A program made the translations under genes and the position numbers. 21,859 nucleotides of DNA, from positions 7,309-29,167 of the forward strand of contig CAZNEZ010000027.1 in the NCBI GenBank assembly GCA_964572475.1, read 5' to 3'. The notes beneath the pieces are model-generated. The model was not told the origin of the DNA, made no database searches, and worked only from the letters and a program-made list of their open reading frames with translations. This DNA comes from an uncultured Lachnospiraceae bacterium. GTDB lineage: Bacteria > Bacillota > Clostridia > Lachnospirales > Lachnospiraceae. This document shows, one piece after another, positions 1-7,370 of this stretch. Positions within the stretch are counted from its first letter, which is position 1, and every line of letters begins with the position of its first letter.

Positions 1-286
1 TTATATTTCCACTAAACGCCAAATCATATGGTATCTCAGAAATTAGTGCAAACAAGAAAAGTCTTATAGCATATTTATATACATTTCTAGTATGAAAATA
101 ACCTTCAACTAATAGAAAACAGAATATTGGAAAAGATAATCGTCCAATAATTCTAAGTATCATCATATCCGGAAAAAAGATTGCTCCCGTATGATCAATT
201 ATCATAGTTATAATAGCTATCAATTTTAATGTAAAACCATTAATAAATCTATATTTTATCTTTATTTCTCTAATTTTAATCTCCAT
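1..286 (-). CDS. TraX-family membrane protein, N-terminal part (3-prime end runs off the window)
   Basis: ATG at 286 on the minus strand, open to the window edge. It is absent from the ORF track because it has no stop in the window. My hand translation is [95 protein letters not shown]. The LK.IA...M..DH.G and R.IGR.SFP.F pattern and the hydrophobic helices are typical of TraX-like proteins. It starts 23 nt downstream of the GH13 gene stop. Confidence 0.6.
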   Translation of the reverse strand, partial: MEIKIREIKIKYRFINGFTLKLIAIITMIIDHTGAIFFPDMMILRIIGRLSFPIFCFLLVEGYFHTRNVYKYAIRLFLFALISEIPYDLAFSGNI

Positions 287-309
287 CCTTTTTATTCTTA
301 AATCCTATG

Positions 310-2142
310 TTATCGTGATATAAGAACTACAATGCTTCTAGCTAAAACCAGACATTCCCTTTGAGTTTTAAGCTTATCATAAGAATTATCTTTATCGGAA
401 TTATCTTTATCGGAATCAGCAGTATCTATTATTTTTGACCACTTAAGGCCTTTTTGTACCATAGGAAGTCCAAAGGTTTTGTTCTCCCAATGCATATTAT
501 ATGCTATATATATGTATCCTTTATTTTCTGGATTAGAAAATCTTTCATTGTACATCACTGAAAAGTGTCTGTTAACATGGTCAAAATCAGGCTTCCATGG
601 TGTTAATCCATGATATGACATATCTGGAGTACCAAAAGATTCATAATCCATATTCCGTATTGACTGTTTCATATGCAATATCCCATGCTGCTTTCTAAAT
701 TTGATAAGTTCTTTAACAAACTCAGTTATATCTTTATATTTATTGGCAAGATTCCAGCTAGTATAGGCAAGTTCATTATCCTGACAATATGGATTATTAT
801 TACCAGACTGACTATTGCCAAATTCGTCCCCAGCCATAAACAGTGGAATTCCCTGACTTAAAAGCATCATTGAAAATGCATTCTTAATCTGTTTTTTTCT
901 AAGCTCTACTATCTTCTTCCTTCTAGTTTCACCTTCGGTTCCACAATTCCAGCTATAATTGTATTCAGGACCATCTGTATTGTTCTCTCCATTGTCCAGA
1001 TTATTCTTTTTGTCATATGAAACAAGATCCATTAATGTAAATCCACAATGATTGGCAATATAGTTAATATTAGCAATATTAGAATTATCTTTAATCTTCA
1101 TAGACATACCTGCTGTCTGATTCTCATCACCTTTTAAAAACTGTCTTGCATTTGTCAGAAAACCATCATTACAATTTGCTAGATGCCTGAATTCATTATT
1201 ACTTCTATAATAATCTTCACTATCTCCCCAATATGTTGTAAACATCTTAGTTCTTCCTAAAATGTGTTCATCCCTTAAAGCCTGAATATTAACATTATCC
1301 TGATTAACATTAAAAGCATCAACATGATAATACAATGCCCAAAATCTCAAACAGTCTGTAATCATATCATTCTTCATACTCTTATCAAAATAGAAATCCA
1401 TACACAATTCTATACCATTCTTATGTAGCTCACGAACCATCTCTCTAAATTCTACTATCTGATATGGTGTATCAGGATTAGAACCTCTATCCTTTTTGTA
1501 GATTTCTGAACAGTATGAAGCTTTGGGTGCAAAATAAGAGCCTCCAGTATAACCCCAGTAATTAACCTTAATATCTGTTGAACCTTTTACCTCCATTATT
1601 TCGTCAAAATCATAACATGGCATTAATTCCAACATATTAATTCCTAATTCTCTAAGATAAGGGATTTTCTCAATTATTCCTGCAAATGTCCCCTTATTCC
1701 TTACCTTTGAGCTTTTACTCATAGTAAATCCTCTAACATGAGCTTTATATATTATATTATCTGACAAATCAGTGTGTAGCTTTGTATCTTTAAAGTCCAC
1801 ACTAATATCTGCAAATCTGGATGTTAACCTGTCACTATCATATAAACCAAACTCGGTCTTGTTATTAACTGCAAATGCATATGGATCTGTAATTATATCT
1901 CCATCTAATCTATAATTATAGTCATACTGCATAATATCCTTGCATTTAAGGCTCATTGTAAATATATTACCAAACCTATCCCTGTCTAAAAACTTCTCCT
2001 CTCTTACTATCTCATTTGTTCCAGCCTTATACAGAATTATGGAAAGACTCTTAACTTTGCTATTAACTGGTACTGCTATATCTGCTCCGGCTTTTGTTAT
2101 CATAACTCCGGCTTGCAACGGATTTAACGCTTTGCTTCTCAT
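310..2142 (-). CDS. GH13 glycogen-debranching-enzyme (GlgX/isoamylase)-like protein, probably non-catalytic
   Basis: 610-aa ORF with a GGAGA RBS about 7 nt upstream of ATG 2142. It strongly resembles GlgX-type GH13 proteins (NYWGY, NYSWNCGTEG, LLSQGIPLFMAGDEFGNSQSGNNNPYCQDN). The catalytic positions of conserved regions I-IV are substituted (see findings). Confidence 0.85.
   Translation of the reverse strand: MRSKALNPLQAGVMITKAGADIAVPVNSKVKSLSIILYKAGTNEIVREEKFLDRDRFGNIFTMSLKCKDIMQYDYNYRLDGDIITDPYAFAVNNKTEFGLYDSDRLTSRFADISVDFKDTKLHTDLSDNIIYKAHVRGFTMSKSSKVRNKGTFAGIIEKIPYLRELGINMLELMPCYDFDEIMEVKGSTDIKVNYWGYTGGSYFAPKASYCSEIYKKDRGSNPDTPYQIVEFREMVRELHKNGIELCMDFYFDKSMKNDMITDCLRFWALYYHVDAFNVNQDNVNIQALRDEHILGRTKMFTTYWGDSEDYYRSNNEFRHLANCNDGFLTNARQFLKGDENQTAGMSMKIKDNSNIANINYIANHCGFTLMDLVSYDKKNNLDNGENNTDGPEYNYSWNCGTEGETRRKKIVELRKKQIKNAFSMMLLSQGIPLFMAGDEFGNSQSGNNNPYCQDNELAYTSWNLANKYKDITEFVKELIKFRKQHGILHMKQSIRNMDYESFGTPDMSYHGLTPWKPDFDHVNRHFSVMYNERFSNPENKGYIYIAYNMHWENKTFGLPMVQKGLKWSKIIDTADSDKDNSDKDNSYDKLKTQRECLVLARSIVVLISR
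383..417. repeat. In-frame tandem repeat, 15-nt unit gaattatctttatcg x2 plus a partial third copy (gaatc)
   Basis: Read directly: units at 383-397 and 398-412, partial unit at 413-417. It encodes the SDKDN-SDKDN duplication in the C-terminal tail of the GH13-like protein (..DSDKDNSDKDNSYDK..). Confidence 0.9.
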
Positions 2143-2165
2143 GTCTTTTCTCCAAATCTTCTGAT

Positions 2166-2200
2166 TTTAGTATACATTTCTCTAATAATTATATACTAAA
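2166..2200. repeat. Perfect 9-bp inverted repeat TTTAGTATA-N17-TATACTAAA in the divergent promoter region
   Basis: Arms at 2166-2174 and 2192-2200 are exact reverse complements. It lies between the GH13-like gene start (2142) and the ABC-F promoter. Confidence 0.7.
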
Positions 2201-2244
2201 TATATCCATTAATCTAGGCAAATACCCTATTAAAAATAAAAAAC

Positions 2245-2272
2245 TTGCAAAATGTAAAATATACTGTAAAAT
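2245..2272 (+). promoter_or_regulatory. Putative sigma-A promoter of the ABC-F gene
   Basis: TTGCAA (2245-2250), 16-nt spacer, TAAAAT (2267-2272). It is preceded by an A-rich tract (2231-2244). The start codon lies about 40 nt downstream. Confidence 0.35.
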
Positions 2273-2293
2273 ATAGGTGTTTAGTAAAATATA
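2254..2293. repeat. Three direct copies of GTAAAATATA (2254-2263, 2266-2275, 2284-2293)
   Basis: Read directly. The first two copies extend to TGTAAAATATA with a 12-nt period. All three lie between the putative -35 element and the RBS of the ABC-F gene. Confidence 0.85.
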
Positions 2294-2313
2294 ACATGAA
2301 AGGTTTAATTATA

Positions 2314-3951
2314 ATGATAAGTGCAAATAATGTAACTTTACGAATCGGTAAAAAAGCCCTATTTGAGGATGTTAATATCAAATTCACTGAGGGAAACTGC
2401 TATGGTTTAATTGGTGCTAATGGTGCAGGCAAATCAACATTTCTTAAGATATTGTCTGGTCAGCTTGAACCAACTAATGGAGATATCGTAATCACACAAG
2501 GTCAAAGACTTTCTTTCCTTCAGCAGGACCATTTCAAATATGATGATTTCCCCGTATTAGATACTGTAATCATGGGTAACAAGCGCCTTTACGAGATTAT
2601 GAAAGAAAAAGATGCCATTTATGCTAAGGAGGATTTTACTGAAGAGGATGGTATAAAAGCCAGCGAACTTGAAGGTGAGTTTGCCAATATGAATGGCTGG
2701 GAGGCAGAATCAGATGCTGCTACATTATTAAACGGACTTGGCATTGATACTGAACTTCATTATAAAGAATTAAAAGAACTTACAGGTAGTGAAAAAGTCA
2801 AAGTTTTACTTGCTCAGGCTCTATTTGGCAATCCAGATATTCTTCTTCTTGATGAGCCTACTAACCACCTTGACCTTGATGCTATTGCATGGTTAGAAGA
2901 ATTCCTTATTAATTTTGAGAATACTGTTATTGTCGTATCACATGATAGATATTTTCTTAACAAAGTCTGCACTCAGATAGCAGATATTGATTATGCAAAG
3001 ATTCAGCTTTATGCTGGTAACTACGATTTTTGGTATGAATCTAGCCAGTTAATTGTTAAGCAGATGAAAGAAGCTAATAAGAAAAAAGAAGAAAAGATTA
3101 AAGAATTGCAGGACTTCATTCAGAGATTCTCTGCCAATGCTTCCAAATCTAAGCAGGCTACTTCACGTAAGAAGGCTCTCGATAAGATTGAACTAGATGA
3201 GATTAGACCATCAAGTAGAAAATATCCATACATTGACTTTAGACCAAGTCGTGATATTGGTAATGAAGTACTTACTGTTGAAGGCCTTACAAAAACTGTT
3301 GATGGTGTTAAAGTACTTGATAACATTTCCTTTATTGTTAACAAAGAAGATAAGATTGCATTTGTCGGCGCTAATGAAATAGCTAAAACTACCCTATTTA
3401 AGATTCTTTCTGGAGAAATGGAACCTGATGCAGGTACTTATAAGTGGGGTATAACCACTACTAATTCTTATTTCCCTAAAGATAATACTAAGGATTTTGA
3501 TTGTGATGATACAATTGCTGACTGGCTTACACAATTTTCTGATGACAAAGATGCAACTTATGTTCGTGGTTTCCTTGGAAGAATGTTATTTGCTGGTGAA
3601 GATGGAATGAAAAAAGTTAAGATTCTCTCTGGTGGTGAGAAAGTAAGATGCCTCCTATCTAAGTTAATGATTTCTGGAGCTAATGTTCTCATACTTGATG
3701 AACCTACTAACCATCTTGATATGGAGTCAATTACAGCCCTTAATAACGGACTTGTTAAATTCCAGGGAGTTATTCTGTTTGCTTCACACGATCACCAGTT
3801 TGTACAAACTACAGCTAATCGTATTATGGAAATCGTTAGTGGTTCTCTTATTGATAAGATTACTACATATGATGAATACCTCGAAAATGATGAGCTTGCC
3901 AGAAAACGTTCTGTATACTCAATGGATGAGGTTGAAGATACTGATAACTAA
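2314..3951 (+). CDS. ABC-F family ATPase (soluble tandem-NBD translation-factor type, YbiT-like)
   Basis: The ORF track opens at TTG 2245, but a GAAAGG RBS (2298-2303) sits 10 nt before ATG 2314, giving MISANNVTLRIGKK.., a typical ABC-F N-terminus. NBD1 has GANGAGKST, LLLDEPTNHLD and SHD. A basic linker follows (KKKEEKIKELQDFIQRFSANASKSKQATSRKK). NBD2 has LSGGEK, LILDEPTNHLD and SHD. There is no transmembrane domain. Confidence 0.9.
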   Translation: MISANNVTLRIGKKALFEDVNIKFTEGNCYGLIGANGAGKSTFLKILSGQLEPTNGDIVITQGQRLSFLQQDHFKYDDFPVLDTVIMGNKRLYEIMKEKDAIYAKEDFTEEDGIKASELEGEFANMNGWEAESDAATLLNGLGIDTELHYKELKELTGSEKVKVLLAQALFGNPDILLLDEPTNHLDLDAIAWLEEFLINFENTVIVVSHDRYFLNKVCTQIADIDYAKIQLYAGNYDFWYESSQLIVKQMKEANKKKEEKIKELQDFIQRFSANASKSKQATSRKKALDKIELDEIRPSSRKYPYIDFRPSRDIGNEVLTVEGLTKTVDGVKVLDNISFIVNKEDKIAFVGANEIAKTTLFKILSGEMEPDAGTYKWGITTTNSYFPKDNTKDFDCDDTIADWLTQFSDDKDATYVRGFLGRMLFAGEDGMKKVKILSGGEKVRCLLSKLMISGANVLILDEPTNHLDMESITALNNGLVKFQGVILFASHDHQFVQTTANRIMEIVSGSLIDKITTYDEYLENDELARKRSVYSMDEVEDTDN

Positions 3952-3984
3952 TTAAATATAACACCTAATCAGAAAGGCAATACG

Positions 3985-4833
3985 ATGGAATATATTGATC
4001 TTCATGTTCACTCAAATGTCTCTGATGGCACTTTAAGTCCTTCTGAGCTTGTAGCTTATGCAGCAAAGAAAGGACTTTTTGCTTTTGCCCTCACAGACCA
4101 TGATACTGTAGCTGGAATAGATGAAGCTATTGAAGCTTCCAAATCATATGATGTTAAAGTAATACCAGGTATTGAGATTTCTTCTAATTATAAAGGAACA
4201 GATATACACATTCTTGGACTTAATATTAACTATAAAGATAAACATTTTCTAGAAGTAATAGAAAAAAGCCAGTTAAGACGAAAAAGCAGGAATAAACTTA
4301 TGATTAGTAAGATGCGTGAATGTGGATTTACAATTACCCCCGAGATAGAAAAAGAACGATTCTCGGGGATTTCCATTACAAGGGCTCATTTTGCAAGCTT
4401 TCTTCAGGATTATGGCTATGTTACCTCCAAAAATGAAGCTTTTCAATTATATCTTAATAAAGGCTGCCCTTGTTATGTACCAAAGGAAACTATTCCTGTT
4501 AAGGATTCTATTAAGCTTATTCTTGATGCTGGTGGAATACCCGTACTCGCACATCCTACACTTTATAAACTAAAAAAAGACCAGATATTTAGTCTGGCCA
4601 ATTATCTAAAATCTCTTGGTTTACTTGCAATTGAAGCTTTATATTCGACCTATTCACCAGAAGATGAAGCTTTTATTAAAAGTATCTGCAAGTCAACAGG
4701 TCTGTTTATGAGTGGTGGTTCTGATTATCACGGTTCAATCAAACCACATATTGATTTAGGAACAGGTAAAGGTAATCTTAAGATACCTGTCTCCCTGTTA
4801 CAGGAGATGGGCTTAGATAACTTCTTTTCCTAA
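3985..4833 (+). CDS. PHP-domain metal-dependent phosphoesterase (TrpH/YciV family)
   Basis: Motifs DLHVHSNVSDG, LTDHDT, GIEIS, HILG, LAHP and GGSDYHG. A GAAAGG RBS precedes the ATG. It starts 33 nt downstream of the ABC-F stop on the same strand. Confidence 0.85.
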   Translation: MEYIDLHVHSNVSDGTLSPSELVAYAAKKGLFAFALTDHDTVAGIDEAIEASKSYDVKVIPGIEISSNYKGTDIHILGLNINYKDKHFLEVIEKSQLRRKSRNKLMISKMRECGFTITPEIEKERFSGISITRAHFASFLQDYGYVTSKNEAFQLYLNKGCPCYVPKETIPVKDSIKLILDAGGIPVLAHPTLYKLKKDQIFSLANYLKSLGLLAIEALYSTYSPEDEAFIKSICKSTGLFMSGGSDYHGSIKPHIDLGTGKGNLKIPVSLLQEMGLDNFFS

Positions 4834-6120
4834 AAGATGTGTAATAAACTGCTGTGCCATTCTTCCAGATAAACCACCATGACTTAATTCCCATTTATTT
4901 GCTTCAGCATAAAGTTCATCTTCTGACATATGAATATCATATTTCTCTGAAAGCGTTTTTACAATAAATTCAAATTCTTTCTTGCTTGGAGCACAGTAGA
5001 ATATTGAAACACCAAATCTATTGGCAAGTGAAAGTTTTTCTTCAACAGTATCAGATGCATGGAGGTCTTCTCTTCTATCCTCTTTATCACTCCATTTTTC
5101 TCTAATAAGATGTCTTCTATTAGAAGTGGCATAGATAAGCACATTATCAGGTTTTTTACCAAGCCCGCCATCTATTATAGCTTTCAGGTATTTATATTCT
5201 ATTTCATAATCTTCAAATGAAAGGTCATCCATATATATAATAAACTTATAATTTCTATCTTTTACCATTTCAATAACTTCTGACAGGTCTTTAAACTGAT
5301 GCTTGTATATTTCAATCATACGAAGACCTTTATCATAATATTCATTCATAATTGCTTTAATACTTGATGACTTACCAGTACCGCTATCACCAAACAAAAG
5401 ACAGTTATTAGCTTTTTTACCTTCCAAAAATGCTTCCGTATTATCCGTTAATTTCTTTTTTTGAAGTTCATATCCTACAAGGTCATCTAAATAAATATGC
5501 TCAATGCTTGTAATTGGTACTATCTTAGGACCACTTCCATCATTTTTAATTCTAAACGCCTTATGTAGTCCTAATTTGCCAACTCCATTATTCTTATAAA
5601 AACAGGTTACTATATCAAAGTACTCATCTGCTGACTTCGCATCTGCAAGTTCTTTACTGAATTCACATATTCTATCTCTAATCCTCTTATTAAACACCTT
5701 ACTTGTACAATCATTATGCTTGTAATCCATAATCATACTAAAGCACTCAATATTAAGCTTATTATCGATATTATTTACATCATAGTTGAATAAGTCATAA
5801 AATATCCTAAGGTCATGTTTTGCGAGCATATTAAGTGTTCCATCGACCTTACCTACCACTTCACAGGCTGTTGAAAATGCATTCTCATTATTCGCAATAA
5901 GAAAACCTAAGAATGACTGCCACATATTTCCCTCAAGTCCATATGCATCACACATTTCAATCATCTTATTTACGCCATCAAATGCTTTTTTTGTTAGCTC
6001 TTCTGCGTTATTTTTAACATATTCATCATTATCCATATCATTTACAATATCAGTAAGGATTTTAAATATCTCCTTATGTTCAAAATCTTTATACATTACT
6101 AATTGATTAATATCTATCAT
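4813..6120 (-). CDS. AAA-type ATP-binding protein of the DUF815/COG2607 type with an N-terminal extension of about 200 aa
   Basis: Walker A LLFGDSGTGKSS and Walker B FIIYMDDLSF, followed by LIYATSNRRHL, which is typical of DUF815 ATPases. A GGAAAGG RBS sits in the 39-nt gap after pheA. The 3-prime end overlaps the PHP gene by 21 nt in convergent orientation. Confidence 0.8.
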   Translation of the reverse strand: MIDINQLVMYKDFEHKEIFKILTDIVNDMDNDEYVKNNAEELTKKAFDGVNKMIEMCDAYGLEGNMWQSFLGFLIANNENAFSTACEVVGKVDGTLNMLAKHDLRIFYDLFNYDVNNIDNKLNIECFSMIMDYKHNDCTSKVFNKRIRDRICEFSKELADAKSADEYFDIVTCFYKNNGVGKLGLHKAFRIKNDGSGPKIVPITSIEHIYLDDLVGYELQKKKLTDNTEAFLEGKKANNCLLFGDSGTGKSSSIKAIMNEYYDKGLRMIEIYKHQFKDLSEVIEMVKDRNYKFIIYMDDLSFEDYEIEYKYLKAIIDGGLGKKPDNVLIYATSNRRHLIREKWSDKEDRREDLHASDTVEEKLSLANRFGVSIFYCAPSKKEFEFIVKTLSEKYDIHMSEDELYAEANKWELSHGGLSGRMAQQFITHLLGKEVI

Positions 6121-6159
6121 CTTTAAACCTTTCCGTCTGTCATATGGGCAGGCTGTATT

Positions 6160-7293
6160 CTAATAATTTCCCAATATCTTAAGTGTTATTGCTTCTTCCT
6201 TTATTCCTCTTAATGCGTTTTGAACACCGGCATCATCAAGCCTGCCCTCAAACTCAATATAAAATCTGTATTCCCAATTCTTTCCCACTATTGGTCTTGA
6301 CTCAATCTTAGTCATATTAAGACCATTATATATAAAATGTGATAGCATATTATATAATGAACCACTTTTATGTTCTGCTTCAAAGCAGATAATTATTTTG
6401 CGGGCATCTTTGCTATACATTTTCTTTTTACTGACTATAACAAATCTAGTTGTATTATTATCATTATAATTTACATTTTCTTTGAGAACCTTAAGATTAT
6501 ATAACTTAGCAGCATTAACACTTGCTATAGCTGCCTGAGACTTATCATTGTCCTCAAATACCTTTTTAGCGCTTGCTGCTGTATTAGGATAACTCATTCC
6601 CTGCATATCTGAATGCTCTTCCAAGAATTTAGCACACTGCATAAGTCCCTGTGGATGTGAATATACCATCTTAATATCTGATATTTCGGCATCTTTTAAT
6701 CCAATTAGTGCATGGCATATCTTAACATCAGTTTCTGCTACTATATAATTATCAAACTCCGTTAAAAGATCATATACATCGCTTACAATTCCTGCCGTAG
6801 TATTCTCAATAGGCAGTACTGCAAAATCCGCACTTCCTTTATCAATCTCATCCATGGCATCTCTAAAAGTAGAAACATTGTAGCAATCTACTGTCTCACC
6901 AAAGTAATTAAACATAGCCTGTTCACTATAAGCTCCCTTTACTCCCTGATATACAACCTTTGCTCCGTCTGTTCCAAGATTGTTCACCTGTTCCATATTG
7001 ATTCCACTTGCTATTCCATGCTCAGTAAGCAGTCTGTATTGTAGCTTTCTGCTGATAGCCATTATCTGTGTAAAAAGTTCATCTGTTCCATGCTCCATGA
7101 ACTCACCGCCGGCTGTCATACTTTTTATTCTATCAAGCTTATCTCTTTCTCGTCCTCTGTCGAGAACTTCCTTACCATTTTCAATCTTATATTCCGCCAC
7201 CTGCTTGCACAGATTCATTCTTTCTTCAAAGAGATTAACAATCTGACTATCTACACTGTCTATTTCTTTTCTGATTTCATTTAAGTTTAACAT
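6160..7293 (-). CDS. pheA: Bifunctional chorismate mutase / prephenate dehydratase (P-protein)
   Basis: N-terminal chorismate mutase helix motif (LNEIRKEIDSVDSQIVNLFEERMNLCKQVAEYK). The prephenate dehydratase domain has VVYQGVKGAYSEQA and TTRFVIVS. The C-terminal ACT domain has ESRP. AAAGAGG RBS. Confidence 0.9.
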   Translation of the reverse strand: MLNLNEIRKEIDSVDSQIVNLFEERMNLCKQVAEYKIENGKEVLDRGRERDKLDRIKSMTAGGEFMEHGTDELFTQIMAISRKLQYRLLTEHGIASGINMEQVNNLGTDGAKVVYQGVKGAYSEQAMFNYFGETVDCYNVSTFRDAMDEIDKGSADFAVLPIENTTAGIVSDVYDLLTEFDNYIVAETDVKICHALIGLKDAEISDIKMVYSHPQGLMQCAKFLEEHSDMQGMSYPNTAASAKKVFEDNDKSQAAIASVNAAKLYNLKVLKENVNYNDNNTTRFVIVSKKKMYSKDARKIIICFEAEHKSGSLYNMLSHFIYNGLNMTKIESRPIVGKNWEYRFYIEFEGRLDDAGVQNALRGIKEEAITLKILGNY

Positions 7294-7332
7294 CTGATAC
7301 CTCTTTGTGTCTTCATAATTTATTTAATTAAG

Positions 7333-7361
7333 GTTATATCACACTTTATTGCATTAAACAA
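7333..7361 (-). promoter_or_regulatory. Putative promoter of pheA (extended -10)
   Basis: The minus strand reads TTGTTT (7361-7356), 17-nt spacer, TG-A-TATAAC (7341-7333). It lies about 40 nt upstream of ATG 7293. Confidence 0.3.
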
Positions 7362-7370
7362 CAAAAAATC

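Noticed and set aside
1-286. TraX gene as an indicator of a conjugative element
   Set aside because: No relaxase, coupling protein, T4SS, integrase or repeat boundaries are visible. TraX-like membrane proteins are common stand-alone chromosomal genes in Firmicutes.
2245-2313. TTG-initiated N-terminal extension of the ABC-F ORF in the track (MQNVKYTVKYRCLVKYNMKGLII)
   Set aside because: The stretch is made of the promoter-like TTGCAA and the GTAAAATATA repeats. A GAAAGG RBS precedes ATG 2314, and MISANNVTL.. is a typical ABC-F N-terminus.
2314-3951. Antibiotic-resistance (ARE) ABC-F such as Vga/Msr/Lsa/OptrA
   Set aside because: There is no upstream leader peptide or attenuator (the leader is about 35 nt). 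The linker is short and the overall similarity is to the housekeeping YbiT type. No resistance or mobile context.
3683-3955. Same-strand alternative-frame 90-aa ORF at the 3-prime end of the ABC-F gene
   Set aside because: It overlaps the well-conserved NBD2 region (Walker B, H-loop), has no RBS and has hydrophobic junk composition. I see no slippery site that would suggest frameshifting.
4813-6120. DUF815 ATPase (with the neighbouring PHP gene) as a phage-defence module
   Set aside because: There is no nuclease, sensor or effector partner in the same transcription unit. The PHP gene is convergent and belongs to the ABC-F unit. There are no island hallmarks (integrase, tRNA, compositional break visible by eye), and it looks co-transcribed with pheA.
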